Shown here: positions 51,555 through 62,000 of the stretch, piece after piece | Layout of the letters: the number at the start of each line of letters is the position of its first letter | How positions within the stretch are numbered: position 1 is the first letter of the stretch | IMG/VR virus record: IMGVR_UViG_3300046804_006785 | Reading direction: 5' to 3' (one strand) | Length of the DNA stretch: 64,000 nucleotides | From: a virus | Notes under the pieces: generated by a model | What the model was told of the DNA's origin: nothing | Seen by the model: only the letters and a program-made list of their open reading frames with translations | Databases searched by the model: none | Program-made: the position numbers and the translations under genes

Positions 51555-54500
51555 CTAGCGAATAGGACACGCACCTGTAGCACATCCTTGATCTAATTCC
51601 TGTTCTTCAAATCCTTTCTCAATCTCAGATAATTTAGTGATAATATCTGTTTGAGAAAGTACAGGTAATTGTGATTTCAAAGCTTCATAAGTTTCCTTGT
51701 CACACGGTTCTAGGGGCATCAAAGGATAAGCTGCTTTACCACCTTCAACCGGATCAAATCTAGGTAAAAAAGCAATTCCAATAATGTCATCCCAATTATC
51801 ATTCACCCAATTAGCCGCTGTTTTGTATTCATCTGGCGCAACAGTTACAGTTACTGAAATGTTATGGCCTCTATCAGCATAATTAGTTTGGGCTAATTTA
51901 TATCGTTCTAATTGTTCTGTAACTGGCTCATCAATTGCGCGGGTTTTAGCATTAGTCTTGATGGGAAATGTGAATACCCAAGTATTACAATCATCACCAA
52001 ATAAATCTTCACCTTGACCGTTTTCTGGTAGCGGTGTAAGTCCTAAATTTAGCAATACTTGGGCTAAAGGATCTGATTTACTAAATCTAACCCGACGTAA
52101 ATAATAAGGAGCATAAGCGCGATGGATGCCACTAGAAACGGTTGGTAGTAGGCTGATTGTTCCTTCTGGTTTCATTAAGCAGACTCTAGCACTTCTGTTA
52201 ATTCCTAAGTAGTCGTGGTAAGCGTCCGCTGCTTTTACTGCTACTTGTTTACACCATTGAAAGAAAAGTTTTTGTTGCCCATAATCCCAACCAAGTAGAT
52301 CAAAGGCATCCATAATACCAGTTTGAGATACTCCAAGTAAGCGATCGCGCTTTTGCATTTTGTCCCATTCTGGATGCCATTGTTTAGCTAGTGTGATCCG
52401 AGTTCCTACTCTGGTAATTAGTTCAATAACTTTTTTCCCTAATTCCCAATCATATTCCCACTTACTAGACTTTTTATCAAAGTATATGCAAGCTCTAACG
52501 TTCTTAGTCGTTAAATTGCATGATTGTTTGTCATCTAAAGCCGCTTCAGCGCATGGATTCGTGCCTTTAACGGGTGATGTTGCTAATTTCTGACTATTTC
52601 CAATAATCCAAAAACCTGGGTCACCTTGAGTTTCTAAACATTCAAATGTCTTATTAATTGCATCTACTCCAGGATGATCATATTCGCCTGTAGAGTTATT
52701 AGACATTGTTCTTAGATCCTTAACTCTTGCTTTAGCTGGATCGCTAAATAGTCCTACTTTTGCAGTCTTAAAGGATTCATCAGAGCTATCGCCAAGAGCC
52801 AGTTCTGCAGTGTTATGTACTAAATAACCAGTATCCGCAATAAACTCATTTACTGAATCCACACTGATATCGTAAGTGTAATCATTTCTTACTGCGTGAT
52901 TGATACTTAACACTTCTACAGGGACTCTATAAACCTCAATGCCTGTAATTTTCTCAAGTCTAGCTACAGTCATCTGTTTACATTTAGCATCCCACTGACT
53001 GCCAAACTTAACTTTGTCAGAAGTGACCATACTGGACGGGAAACCAAAATCATTTTGTGATCTTGCAGATTTTCTATTGTCTCTAAACTTAAGTGAAAAT
53101 GATGCTACTTGTCTTTCAAATCTATCAATAAACATTTCACCTTTCAGGTTGAGTATGTGAAGTGCTTTCCAATTGCCTTTAGCATCTCTTTTTTTATTTA
53201 AAGTAGTTAGGATACCTAAACTTGATAAGACTACTTGCAACTGTTTCAAAAATTCAGGATAAACACTTGTGGCAACAGTAATAGGTCTGTTTTTAACTGA
53301 ACCGTCGGCATCAAATACGCCTGCCGTGTATGCTGCTCTATAGGAATCAAGACCCTGAAGAATTAGATCGGGGATAACTAAAGTTTGATTAGATAACTTA
53401 AACTGACTTAAAAAAGTAGCTAGTTGTTTTGACTTAATTACTAGCTTATAGCAGTTATCGTTCTCTTGGGGTTCACGTAATTTTGTATGAACACCAAACT
53501 GCTTAATAATACTGTCAATTTTTTCTACTACTTGTGGTAAATCGGGAGCTATTGCAAAGCTGATATTTCCTTCTGAAGATGTTAGTCTAACATAACCATT
53601 TCCATGTAAGAAACCTAGCAAATAAGCGATATCATCACTCATATCCGGTATGGTTATTGCTTTGCAGGTTGTACTATGTTCAGGATAAATGTAGTTAAAT
53701 TCTGGAAGTTTAGTTTCTGTACCTGGAATAGTGTTTTTAACAAATACCATCCTGTCACCAATTTGTATATCCTTAGCTTGCTTCCAGATATAGTTACCTT
53801 GAGTGTCAGAAATGATCGCTATTTTGTGTTTATCTGTACATTCAAAGATACCTGCTTGCGTTGTAATTTGGGATATTGGTTGACTACCTTGATAAACAAA
53901 GTCAGTCACTTGATGATAGCCTTTTGATGTGGCTACTATGTCACCCACTTTGACTTTCTCAATTGGTACTAAACCGTTTTGAAGGTGAACTAATGTACCT
54001 TTAGGTAAGCAGCGACGTACACCTCCTGCCATTACGTTATAACCTAAAGCATTTATGATATCTAAGCAGTCAACAGAGGCTAAAACACCTGAACATCTTT
54101 GAAGAACATATGAAATATTATTAAACATTTCTAATAATGTTCTATGTCCACTAGCACGTCCGCCAAAAGTTTTTATAGGCGTTCCCTGTGGACGTATCGG
54201 ATCATAATTAATGTAGATTTTTTCTACATTTTTATTAGTTAAGGCTTTTAAGAATATTCTCAAAGCATTACACCAATCTTCTTTACTATCCCCAATTTGT
54301 AATCTAACTATCTTGTGGTTATCATCTAGGTGTCTAACAAACTCATTATCAGATTTAATTATTTCTGAAGGTTCTACAAAATCGGTGTAGGTTGTTAAGA
54401 ACTGCGGACTACTTTCTGAATCTGTGATATTAACAAAAGTACCATCAAGTCTCTTTTGATAGTTGTAGTCTTCATGAATTACATGGACTTTTGCATTAAA

Positions 54501-54995
54501 TTCTGGTAGTTGAGAAATATATTTTTGCTCAACACTAAAACCAGTACCCGCACCAATTAACAACCAATAGAAAATCTCACTAAACGCGCTTAAACTGTCT
54601 ACAGTTTTAAATGTACAGTTCCAATTACTGGATGAATCTTTTTCCGTCTGTGGTGATCCTGCTGTCCATAGACTTCTACCCGCAGGAAAACCCTGCAAGT
54701 TAAACATCATTTCAAATAGTGCTTTAGCCTCTGTACACTTATCTTCTAATGGTGTTACAGTGTCTAAGCTTAGGCTATACTCAATATTTCTTAATATTGT
54801 CTCTTGCCAAATTTCCCGTCGTTTTAGTTCATTAATGAAGCGACTGTAAGTTCTTATGTAGATGATTGCACCTAACTCACCAAAGGGTGGTTTCCTATCT
54901 ATATATTTTTTATAGAAATCCCAGTTAATATACTGGGGATTAACTAAGTCAAAGTAAGCACGATACTGATTTAGAGAAAATTTAACTACTGGCAT
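51555..54995 (-). CDS. nrdJ: Class II (B12-dependent) ribonucleotide reductase, intein-containing
   Basis: YIRTYSR, PAGRSLW, NC, GTNPCAE, KPEGTISL, C-terminal CATGACPIR. Confidence 0.9.
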   Translation of the reverse strand: MPVVKFSLNQYRAYFDLVNPQYINWDFYKKYIDRKPPFGELGAIIYIRTYSRFINELKRREIWQETILRNIEYSLSLDTVTPLEDKCTEAKALFEMMFNLQGFPAGRSLWTAGSPQTEKDSSSNWNCTFKTVDSLSAFSEIFYWLLIGAGTGFSVEQKYISQLPEFNAKVHVIHEDYNYQKRLDGTFVNITDSESSPQFLTTYTDFVEPSEIIKSDNEFVRHLDDNHKIVRLQIGDSKEDWCNALRIFLKALTNKNVEKIYINYDPIRPQGTPIKTFGGRASGHRTLLEMFNNISYVLQRCSGVLASVDCLDIINALGYNVMAGGVRRCLPKGTLVHLQNGLVPIEKVKVGDIVATSKGYHQVTDFVYQGSQPISQITTQAGIFECTDKHKIAIISDTQGNYIWKQAKDIQIGDRMVFVKNTIPGTETKLPEFNYIYPEHSTTCKAITIPDMSDDIAYLLGFLHGNGYVRLTSSEGNISFAIAPDLPQVVEKIDSIIKQFGVHTKLREPQENDNCYKLVIKSKQLATFLSQFKLSNQTLVIPDLILQGLDSYRAAYTAGVFDADGSVKNRPITVATSVYPEFLKQLQVVLSSLGILTTLNKKRDAKGNWKALHILNLKGEMFIDRFERQVASFSLKFRDNRKSARSQNDFGFPSSMVTSDKVKFGSQWDAKCKQMTVARLEKITGIEVYRVPVEVLSINHAVRNDYTYDISVDSVNEFIADTGYLVHNTAELALGDSSDESFKTAKVGLFSDPAKARVKDLRTMSNNSTGEYDHPGVDAINKTFECLETQGDPGFWIIGNSQKLATSPVKGTNPCAEAALDDKQSCNLTTKNVRACIYFDKKSSKWEYDWELGKKVIELITRVGTRITLAKQWHPEWDKMQKRDRLLGVSQTGIMDAFDLLGWDYGQQKLFFQWCKQVAVKAADAYHDYLGINRSARVCLMKPEGTISLLPTVSSGIHRAYAPYYLRRVRFSKSDPLAQVLLNLGLTPLPENGQGEDLFGDDCNTWVFTFPIKTNAKTRAIDEPVTEQLERYKLAQTNYADRGHNISVTVTVAPDEYKTAANWVNDNWDDIIGIAFLPRFDPVEGGKAAYPLMPLEPCDKETYEALKSQLPVLSQTDIITKLSEIEKGFEEQELDQGCATGACPIR
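52812..54011 (-). mobile_element. Intein (400 aa) with LAGLIDADG homing endonuclease in nrdJ
   Basis: GGVRR|CLPKGT...YDISV...GYLVHN|TAEL; LLGFLHGNG and AGVFDADG motifs. Confidence 0.92.
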
Positions 54996-55223
54996 ACTAC
55001 GGATAGTTTAAAATATTTTACATTTACTATTAAAACACTTTTTTGTGTTTTATGCCTAGATAGCTAAACATCTAATTAATACATCTACCCTTAGAAATAT
55101 TGTAATCAGATGATCTATCTATTATTACTTATATTATAGATAGTATTACTATATATTACAAATGTAACTATAGTCATTTTATAAAAAGTAATTTTAGTCA
55201 TCTACCAAAAGTATAGTTAATAT

Positions 55224-55481
55224 GTGTTAACTTGTTTTTTATTTTGTTGCATGAGTCTAAAATATAAAGTAGAATATACATTAAAGATATTTATTTTATT
55301 ACTGGCTATGCCTTCTTCAAAACCAATCACAGAACAACAAACTGAGGTAACACTAAAAGACAAAGAAAAACTCAATGATCCATTTGAATCATTGAGTCCA
55401 GAACTTAAAAAAACGTGGCAATATGTTTTAGAGAATCATCCCTGGATTATCAGGGATGATAACTCAAAAACCAGCGTCTAA
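55224..55481 (+). CDS. Small hypothetical protein (probably starts at MPSSK)
   Basis: ORF track; converges on and overlaps next gene. Confidence 0.4.
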   Translation: MLTCFLFCCMSLKYKVEYTLKIFILLLAMPSSKPITEQQTEVTLKDKEKLNDPFESLSPELKKTWQYVLENHPWIIRDDNSKTSV

Positions 55482-56363
55482 ATTATCAGTATCCTTGGCG
55501 AGTCGTTTTACTACTTCGTCTAAGGATAAATCCAATAATAAAGCCAAGCTTTGAAAAGTAGTCATCCGCACATACGGATTCTCTTCTGTAATGACAGATA
55601 GTAATTCTTCTGCGGAGATACCGGATCTTAAGAAATAATCCTTACCACGCTCAATGAGCGTGTTCCACAATAAGCTTCTAAGGTTATTAGCTTTCTTTTC
55701 ATCGTTGGTCAATTCGCCTCTGTGACTTAAATAAATAGTCTCAGGGCTTGGTGCTTTTGGTGGTGTAAAGTCTAAATTCAGTCTAATAGGTTCGCTAATA
55801 CTTGGCTTTGTAGCTGAGTGTTTTATTCTGTAATACTCTTTTAAAACTCGCTCGCCTACTTCTTTTAACTCATCAAACGTATATGTTTGAGTAAAACAGC
55901 AAATAAACTGCAAATTGTAATCCTGGACGGTGACGGCTGATTTTGATTTAGTCCAGGGATTTCCAGTATGAACTAAATGATTTACAGCTTCCCGTGTTAT
56001 GGGCATTTCAGGATCACGGACATCCTGACAACCATATAAGTCACGCAGCATTTTCATGAACATATCATAAGACAGCCCGTGAGAATCAGGGTAAAGGTTA
56101 CGTTCCTTAATTGTTTTAGTCCATTCTTCCCTTACCTTTGCATATACTTCTTGAGGTAAACGACTTGATTGCAGTCGTTGTTTTTGTCCTGGTTTATTTG
56201 GTGTGGGATTGGGATGAAACAGGTGTTCCCTAAGAACTGGAATAACCGGGTTCTTTATTATTTTGATTAACAGTTCACCAAATTCAGTTTCTCTGTTTGA
56301 GTCTGAGGATAACATTCTATAAAGATGGTCTAAGTTAGAGTTAGGTTGTGTGATCGTAGTCAT
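55464..56363 (-). CDS. Hypothetical protein divergent from integrase (possible regulator)
   Basis: 299 aa; C-terminal HTH-like segment; positional inference. Confidence 0.55.
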   Translation of the reverse strand: MTTITQPNSNLDHLYRMLSSDSNRETEFGELLIKIIKNPVIPVLREHLFHPNPTPNKPGQKQRLQSSRLPQEVYAKVREEWTKTIKERNLYPDSHGLSYDMFMKMLRDLYGCQDVRDPEMPITREAVNHLVHTGNPWTKSKSAVTVQDYNLQFICCFTQTYTFDELKEVGERVLKEYYRIKHSATKPSISEPIRLNLDFTPPKAPSPETIYLSHRGELTNDEKKANNLRSLLWNTLIERGKDYFLRSGISAEELLSVITEENPYVRMTTFQSLALLLDLSLDEVVKRLAKDTDNLDAGF

Positions 56364-56497
56364 TGTATTTTACCTTATTTTGTGTATTTTGTGTTTTCGT
56401 TCTAACGGTTTAGTGTTTTTTTATCTTCTGCCTAATTGATTCCAGGGTAGAGTATAGCAACAATTAGGCATATAATAAAGTAACTAACTAGGCAAGG

Positions 56498-57946
56498 GTG
56501 AAAGTTATGCAGGATAAGGATTTAAAGTATAGTGTCGGGTACTGCCGTGTCTCTACTCAACGGCAACAATCAGAAGGTCACGGACTAGAAAGATATATTG
56601 AGGCTTTACGAAATTATGGGTTAACAGATGATCAAATCTACTGGGATATTGATAGCGGTGCATCAGATAGTCGCGCTAATTATCGAAAGGTTTTAACTTT
56701 AATCAAGGCAGGGAAAATTAAAAAATTAGTTATCCCCTACTTTTCAAGGTTTACGCGGTCATCACTACATTTCGAGCAGGAATTAGAGGAATTAAAAAAT
56801 ACTGGAGTTATTCTTGTTTTCCTTGATGGCGGTCAACTTGGATTAGATAAACCCGATGACCTGTTTAACCTACGACTTAAATCAGCATTAGCTGAGAGAG
56901 AACGTGATTTGATTATCCACAATTCTAGGGAAGGTGTCAAATATTTTAGAGCGCAAGAGAAAGTCTTTCAAGCTTTGTTTGGCTATAAAAAAGTAGACGA
57001 CACTTTGATTATAAACCATGATTTATATAAAGAATCTAACAGGACTTATTATCAAGTAGCTTTAGACATGGTTGATTATTTCTGTCAATCTAGGTCATTG
57101 AGTGGTACTGTTAAAAAGTTTAATACGCTGTACGGTTTTGAATTTAGTAAATCAAAATTAATACCCGATCATCCCCATAGTCATGGCGGGTTTAGGAAGT
57201 GGTTATTACACCCTATGCTCCGAGGTTTTCTAGTCTATTTTAATCAGGACAATAACAAGCGAGTGCTTATCCCTGACAAGTTTGAACGGATTTTGTCAGA
57301 TGAGAAATATATAGAAATTTGTAATATTCTTGACAAATCACATTTAACTAAGCGCAAAAGGTCTACTGTCATAAACCCGTTAATAGGTCTTATATATTGC
57401 GCTGGTTGTGGTGGTTTTATGCGTGTTCAAAGCAGTAAGTTCACCACAAAAACAGGTGAAACGACTAAGTATAGTTATTTACTTTGCAAAAACGCTTATC
57501 CTGATCCTGGTAAACTAGCAACTTGTGATAGAAAAGCTAGTTATAGCTTAGTTATAGAGGATTGTATTACTCATGTTATCAATGCACTATGTCAACGTGC
57601 TGATGAAATAGCTAATCAAGTTATACAGCATGAAGAAATAAAAGAAACAACGCCGGAAATAGATGAGATTAGGCAACAAATAAAAAAACTGATAGGACTT
57701 AATGACCCTGATTTGCAGGAAGCAATTCAGATGAAACAAACTAAATTAGAAAACCTGTTGATGTCTCTAAAACGGGAAAACACATCAACAGGTCTTGATA
57801 GTAAATATGAACTAATGCGGCATTATGCAGCTATGCCGCAGCTTTGGAGACAGGCAACGGTAGAGGAGCAACGGATTTTATTTCAGGATCTTGTAAAATG
57901 TGTTGTATGCGATCGCGGTCATGTGACTGTTGAGCTTCTAGTCTAG
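56498..57946 (+). CDS. Large serine recombinase/integrase (XisF-like)
   Basis: GYCRVST catalytic Ser, DSGAS..R, SRFTR, recombinase domain, CAGCGG zinc ribbon, coiled coil. Confidence 0.92.
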   Translation: MKVMQDKDLKYSVGYCRVSTQRQQSEGHGLERYIEALRNYGLTDDQIYWDIDSGASDSRANYRKVLTLIKAGKIKKLVIPYFSRFTRSSLHFEQELEELKNTGVILVFLDGGQLGLDKPDDLFNLRLKSALAERERDLIIHNSREGVKYFRAQEKVFQALFGYKKVDDTLIINHDLYKESNRTYYQVALDMVDYFCQSRSLSGTVKKFNTLYGFEFSKSKLIPDHPHSHGGFRKWLLHPMLRGFLVYFNQDNNKRVLIPDKFERILSDEKYIEICNILDKSHLTKRKRSTVINPLIGLIYCAGCGGFMRVQSSKFTTKTGETTKYSYLLCKNAYPDPGKLATCDRKASYSLVIEDCITHVINALCQRADEIANQVIQHEEIKETTPEIDEIRQQIKKLIGLNDPDLQEAIQMKQTKLENLLMSLKRENTSTGLDSKYELMRHYAAMPQLWRQATVEEQRILFQDLVKCVVCDRGHVTVELLV

Positions 57947-58040
57947 CTAAGAGTTCCCATAGGATTTTGACTGATTGGGGAGACATTTTATTATTTTGTG
58001 TAGAATGTTTTCCCAGTATCTTTTATTTTATGAAAGTATG

Positions 58041-58694
58041 TCAAGTAGACTCTACTAACTCAAACGGTATATTCCCCATTATTGTGTTATGTAGTACATC
58101 TATACTTATTTGTCTATCAGGATTAATGGTTGATTGACAATAAAATATATTAGCAACGCTTGTATTAAATGCTTTTAGAAACAGTAATCTATAACCGTCC
58201 CTAACACGGCTGTGAAACTCTATACTTTTAGCTTCAAACTTATTTGTTTCGCCTTGCTGATATTTCCTAGCTAGTCCAATTTTAGGATTAATGTCTAGCA
58301 GTATTGTCCAGTCAGGCTTTAATCCCTGACAAGCTAAATTATTTAGATATTCAATATCTTCTAAACTATGACCTGCACCATAACCTTGATAAGCCATTGT
58401 TGACCATGTGAATCTATCGCACAACACCCAGTAACCACTATTTGAGCAGTCTTTAATTAGATTAACATGATTAGCTCTGTCAGCTGCGTACAGTAATAGT
58501 TCTGATGTCTTATTGATATTTGAATCACTCAAAAGTATCTCTCTTAAATTAGTTCCTAACTGTGTTCCACCGGGTTCTTTAGTTTTGTAAACAGGAATAT
58601 TTTTTGATTCTAAATATTTAGCTAAAAGTTCTAACTGTGTTGATTTACCAGAACCTTCGCCACCTTCAAAAACAATAAACTTACCTTTATTCAT
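58041..58694 (-). CDS. tmk: Thymidylate kinase
   Basis: FEGGEGSGKST, EPGGT, CDRF..ST.AYQG. Confidence 0.95.
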   Translation of the reverse strand: MNKGKFIVFEGGEGSGKSTQLELLAKYLESKNIPVYKTKEPGGTQLGTNLREILLSDSNINKTSELLLYAADRANHVNLIKDCSNSGYWVLCDRFTWSTMAYQGYGAGHSLEDIEYLNNLACQGLKPDWTILLDINPKIGLARKYQQGETNKFEAKSIEFHSRVRDGYRLLFLKAFNTSVANIFYCQSTINPDRQISIDVLHNTIMGNIPFELVEST

Positions 58695-59001
58695 ACATTT
58701 GTTCCTGTGTTATAAAGTCTGCACAAAACTTTTTAATTTGCCAACTGATATCTTCTAAAGATGGCGATTGTGTCATCTGAAGAATTAGCAGGATATCAGC
58801 TAATCTATGCTTATAATCTTCAGATTGATCATCATGAGGTAAAAGCATTTTACAAGCCGATTGTCCAAACTCAAGTGAGTAAATGTCTATATTGGCTATT
58901 GTTTTTTCATGTATCCATCCATTAGCTTTTAGATAAAAACTAATTTGGTGATAAGAAATATTGAGTATATGACTGTTAATATCTGAGGTATGTCTGGTCA
59001 T
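58687..59001 (-). CDS. Hypothetical protein
   Basis: 104-aa ORF in nucleotide-metabolism operon. Confidence 0.55.
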   Translation of the reverse strand: MTRHTSDINSHILNISYHQISFYLKANGWIHEKTIANIDIYSLEFGQSACKMLLPHDDQSEDYKHRLADILLILQMTQSPSLEDISWQIKKFCADFITQEQMYE

Positions 59002-59800
59002 TTTCTTCTATGAATTTACGGTATTGTTTAAAACCTTTAAAGTTACCAAAATATTCAGATTTTGTTTGTACTGCCTGATGTTCAAATGGCGATAAATGCT
59101 TAGGGTTTGAACTTAATAATTTATCGTGTAGTGCTATATCATCCTCAATGTTTCTCTTACCTTCATGATTCAAATAAGAAACTCTAGCGCACCTACCCGC
59201 AGATAGTTTTAATGCTTGGTTAATCCCAATTAAATCATCACAGTCATCTATTAATGGTATATGCCAAGCACCAACAGCTAGTTCTTTAGGGTTGTTATTA
59301 TTGTAAGCATTATACATTTCATTAGCTAAAATCCTTATTTCAGGTTGTGCGTCTTCATGACATCTTTGTTTAAAAAAATTAGACCATTCTGTACCTGAAA
59401 CTATGACGGTGATAGTGCTAAACGGTTCTAATATTCTGTTTACAACTTGCTTATGAACTCCTAAATCAGCTAATTGTCTCGCAGAATTTATGGCGTTATT
59501 CCTTGCTACTTCCCATAATCTTTTAGCTTGCTCAATGTCTGATTCTGATATTTCCTTAAAAGCTTGCATACCTTTTTGGTTTTTACCCCAATGCAAGGGG
59601 TAAACGTCGTCATCAATTACGTTTTGAATTAGTTTATTGATCGGGATAGCACGACTACTCGAACTGTTACGAGAAAGTACCCTATGTGTCAGAATTTCGC
59701 TATGTATAAACCGATTATATTTAATAATCATGGTTGTTAAGCGATCACCTGTTATCACGTTCAACGAGTCACAAATTACTTTAGCTGTTGGCTTAAACAT
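58976..59800 (-). CDS. thyX: Flavin-dependent thymidylate synthase
   Basis: EILTHRVLSRNSSSSRAIP, HKQVVNRILEP, R....AQPEI, HLSPFEH. Confidence 0.9.
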   Translation of the reverse strand: MFKPTAKVICDSLNVITGDRLTTMIIKYNRFIHSEILTHRVLSRNSSSSRAIPINKLIQNVIDDDVYPLHWGKNQKGMQAFKEISESDIEQAKRLWEVARNNAINSARQLADLGVHKQVVNRILEPFSTITVIVSGTEWSNFFKQRCHEDAQPEIRILANEMYNAYNNNNPKELAVGAWHIPLIDDCDDLIGINQALKLSAGRCARVSYLNHEGKRNIEDDIALHDKLLSSNPKHLSPFEHQAVQTKSEYFGNFKGFKQYRKFIEENDQTYLRY

Positions 59801-60357
59801 TATATTCCTGTACTCCCAAAACCGTTTACACTGCGATCTGTATTTGCTAATTCTTCCACTATCTTTAATTCCGGAATTATCACAGTTTGAATTACTAATT
59901 GTGCTATTTTCATTCCGTGAGAAATAACAAATGGTTCAGTAGACCCAATGTTAGTTAAAATAACTTTTAATTCACCAACATAAGGATTATCACCTGTCCC
60001 CCAATGTGCAGCTATTCCCTTACTGGCTAATCCTGATTTACCTCGGATTTGAGCTTCTTGCACTAAAGTATATTTAGTTCCGTCAGACTCTAAAACAACT
60101 GTTTTAGTCTGAGGTAATTCAATAGCAATACCTGTGGGAATAGTGACCGAGAACTGTTGAATTACCCTATCCTCAATATCTACAAATCTGCCCTCGCCTG
60201 GTATGTCCTCTACTGTGATTGTTTTACCCTTGCTAATAACTGGCAATAACTTGACATCACCATCAGGTAAATAAGCGTATAAATCTAAACCACTGTCTGT
60301 AGGATAAGCACGAGTAGGAATTTTAGAGTCTGGATATAGTTTTTTGATTTTCAGCAC
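59800..60357 (-). CDS. dut: dUTPase
   Basis: DSGLDL, IPTGIAI, KSGLA, D..Y.GE, IAQLV, R...GFGSTG. Confidence 0.92.
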   Translation of the reverse strand: MLKIKKLYPDSKIPTRAYPTDSGLDLYAYLPDGDVKLLPVISKGKTITVEDIPGEGRFVDIEDRVIQQFSVTIPTGIAIELPQTKTVVLESDGTKYTLVQEAQIRGKSGLASKGIAAHWGTGDNPYVGELKVILTNIGSTEPFVISHGMKIAQLVIQTVIIPELKIVEELANTDRSVNGFGSTGI

Positions 60358-60421
60358 GGGTTTGAATTAGAAACATTTTAAAATACTATACAACATATTT
60401 TAGTATTTTACCAGATTACGC

Positions 60422-60450
60422 TTGACATTAAATTGCAACTATGTTATAAT
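60422..60450 (+). promoter_or_regulatory. Consensus sigma70 promoter
   Basis: TTGACA-17-TATAAT with extended -10 TG. Confidence 0.85.
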
Positions 60451-60477
60451 TATAATTTAATAGTAAGGTAAAGCAAA

Positions 60478-60855
60478 ATGAAAGCTAACATTAACCTTGA
60501 AGACATCTATTGGATGCCAGCCAGTAAAAGCATAGATAAAAAATCAGAAAATAAGCAGTTAATTATTTCTAAAGTTGGTTCTAAATATGTCTATGCTACA
60601 AATGTGGAAAGTGATACAGAGTATCAGTTTACTGTTGAGTCTAATGGTATACTTAAATTAGTCAATAATATGGTAAGCAATTTTGCTTACTCTGAAGAGA
60701 AGTGGGAAAAACAAAAACTTATTATTGAGTTAGATTTATTAACTCAAAAATTTAGACAGGAATTTTTGCAGGTCAATGGTTCTACAGATTTTAAAAGATA
60801 TCAAATGTTTGTGGACAAGATGAATATTCTCTCACAGCAAATATTAGAAAATTAA
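60478..60855 (+). CDS. Hypothetical protein
   Basis: 125-aa ORF behind promoter. Confidence 0.6.
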   Translation: MKANINLEDIYWMPASKSIDKKSENKQLIISKVGSKYVYATNVESDTEYQFTVESNGILKLVNNMVSNFAYSEEKWEKQKLIIELDLLTQKFRQEFLQVNGSTDFKRYQMFVDKMNILSQQILEN

Positions 60856-60865
60856 CAAAGGCAGC

Positions 60866-61114
60866 ATGAGAATAACATTTAAAAAGTGTAAATGGGCAGG
60901 TCTAGCGTCTATTGCTAATGCTGATAAGGAAAATTATAATCTATCTATAGACGGCGAAAGAGTAGGGTCTATTTGGAAGCAAAAGCAAGAATACTACTGG
61001 TCAATAAACTATCAGGGTATTTATAGGAATACCGTCACTGATGGTCTACCATTCTCCACTTTGACCGAAGTAAAAACTGATTGTAAAAACTGGATAAAGG
61101 CAACTTTCAAATAA
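60866..61114 (+). CDS. Hypothetical protein
   Basis: 82-aa ORF. Confidence 0.6.
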   Translation: MRITFKKCKWAGLASIANADKENYNLSIDGERVGSIWKQKQEYYWSINYQGIYRNTVTDGLPFSTLTEVKTDCKNWIKATFK

Positions 61115-61998
61115 TGAAACAGACAACAACACAAGCTAAACCTTTCTTAAAATGGGCTGGTGGTAAGACACAGCTATTAAATGCTCTCACAATAGACTTG
61201 CCTAAGTTCTATAAATACTGTGAACCCTTTATTGGTGGCGGTGCTTTATTGTTCCACTTACTTAATAGTGAGGACAACATTCAGGAAGTACTAATTAACG
61301 ATAATAGCCTGGATCTCATGTTGACTTATAAGGTCATTCAACAGGATATTACTCGGTTAATTAGTATTCTGACTAAAGTTCAAGATGATTACCATCAGAG
61401 GTCAGATAACGACCGCAGAAAGTATTTTGAGGCTGTACGGCAAAAGTTTAATGTGGAAGCTAAAACTTTTAATTATGGTTGTTACTCTAACAATCATGTT
61501 ATCCGTGCAGCTATTGTTATCTTTTTAAACAAGACTTGTTTTAATGGCTTATGGCGTGTAAGGAAATCCGATGGTGGCTTTAATACTTCTTTTGGTAAAT
61601 ATGATAATCCTCTTATATGTGATAGCCACAACCTTAAGTTAGTTTCAGATAAACTACAAAATGTGTTTATCAAGTCTGGAGATTATCATGAGTGTTCTAC
61701 TTTTATTGATAGCAATACTCTGGTTTATTTAGATCCGCCATATATACCAGCAAGTAATACAGCTAATTTTGTAGGCTATGGTAAAGATGGTTGGGGACTA
61801 GCTGATAATGCAATGTTAGCTGAGTTTATCAGGTTGCAAAATAGCAAGGAAGCTAAAATAATCTTGAGTAGTAGCAATACTAACTACTGGGATGATTTAC
61901 ACTTTTTGCAAAAAACAGAAGTGTCAGCAAGTCGAAATATTGCCTGTAAACTAGGCAGTCGGGAAGGTTGTAAAGAGTTGATTTTAAGGAATTATTAA
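61114..61998 (+). CDS. dam: Dam-family DNA adenine methyltransferase
   Basis: LKWAGGKTQL, EPFIGGGA, FNGLWR, YLDPPY. Confidence 0.9.
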   Translation: MKQTTTQAKPFLKWAGGKTQLLNALTIDLPKFYKYCEPFIGGGALLFHLLNSEDNIQEVLINDNSLDLMLTYKVIQQDITRLISILTKVQDDYHQRSDNDRRKYFEAVRQKFNVEAKTFNYGCYSNNHVIRAAIVIFLNKTCFNGLWRVRKSDGGFNTSFGKYDNPLICDSHNLKLVSDKLQNVFIKSGDYHECSTFIDSNTLVYLDPPYIPASNTANFVGYGKDGWGLADNAMLAEFIRLQNSKEAKIILSSSNTNYWDDLHFLQKTEVSASRNIACKLGSREGCKELILRNY

Positions 61999-62000
61999 GT

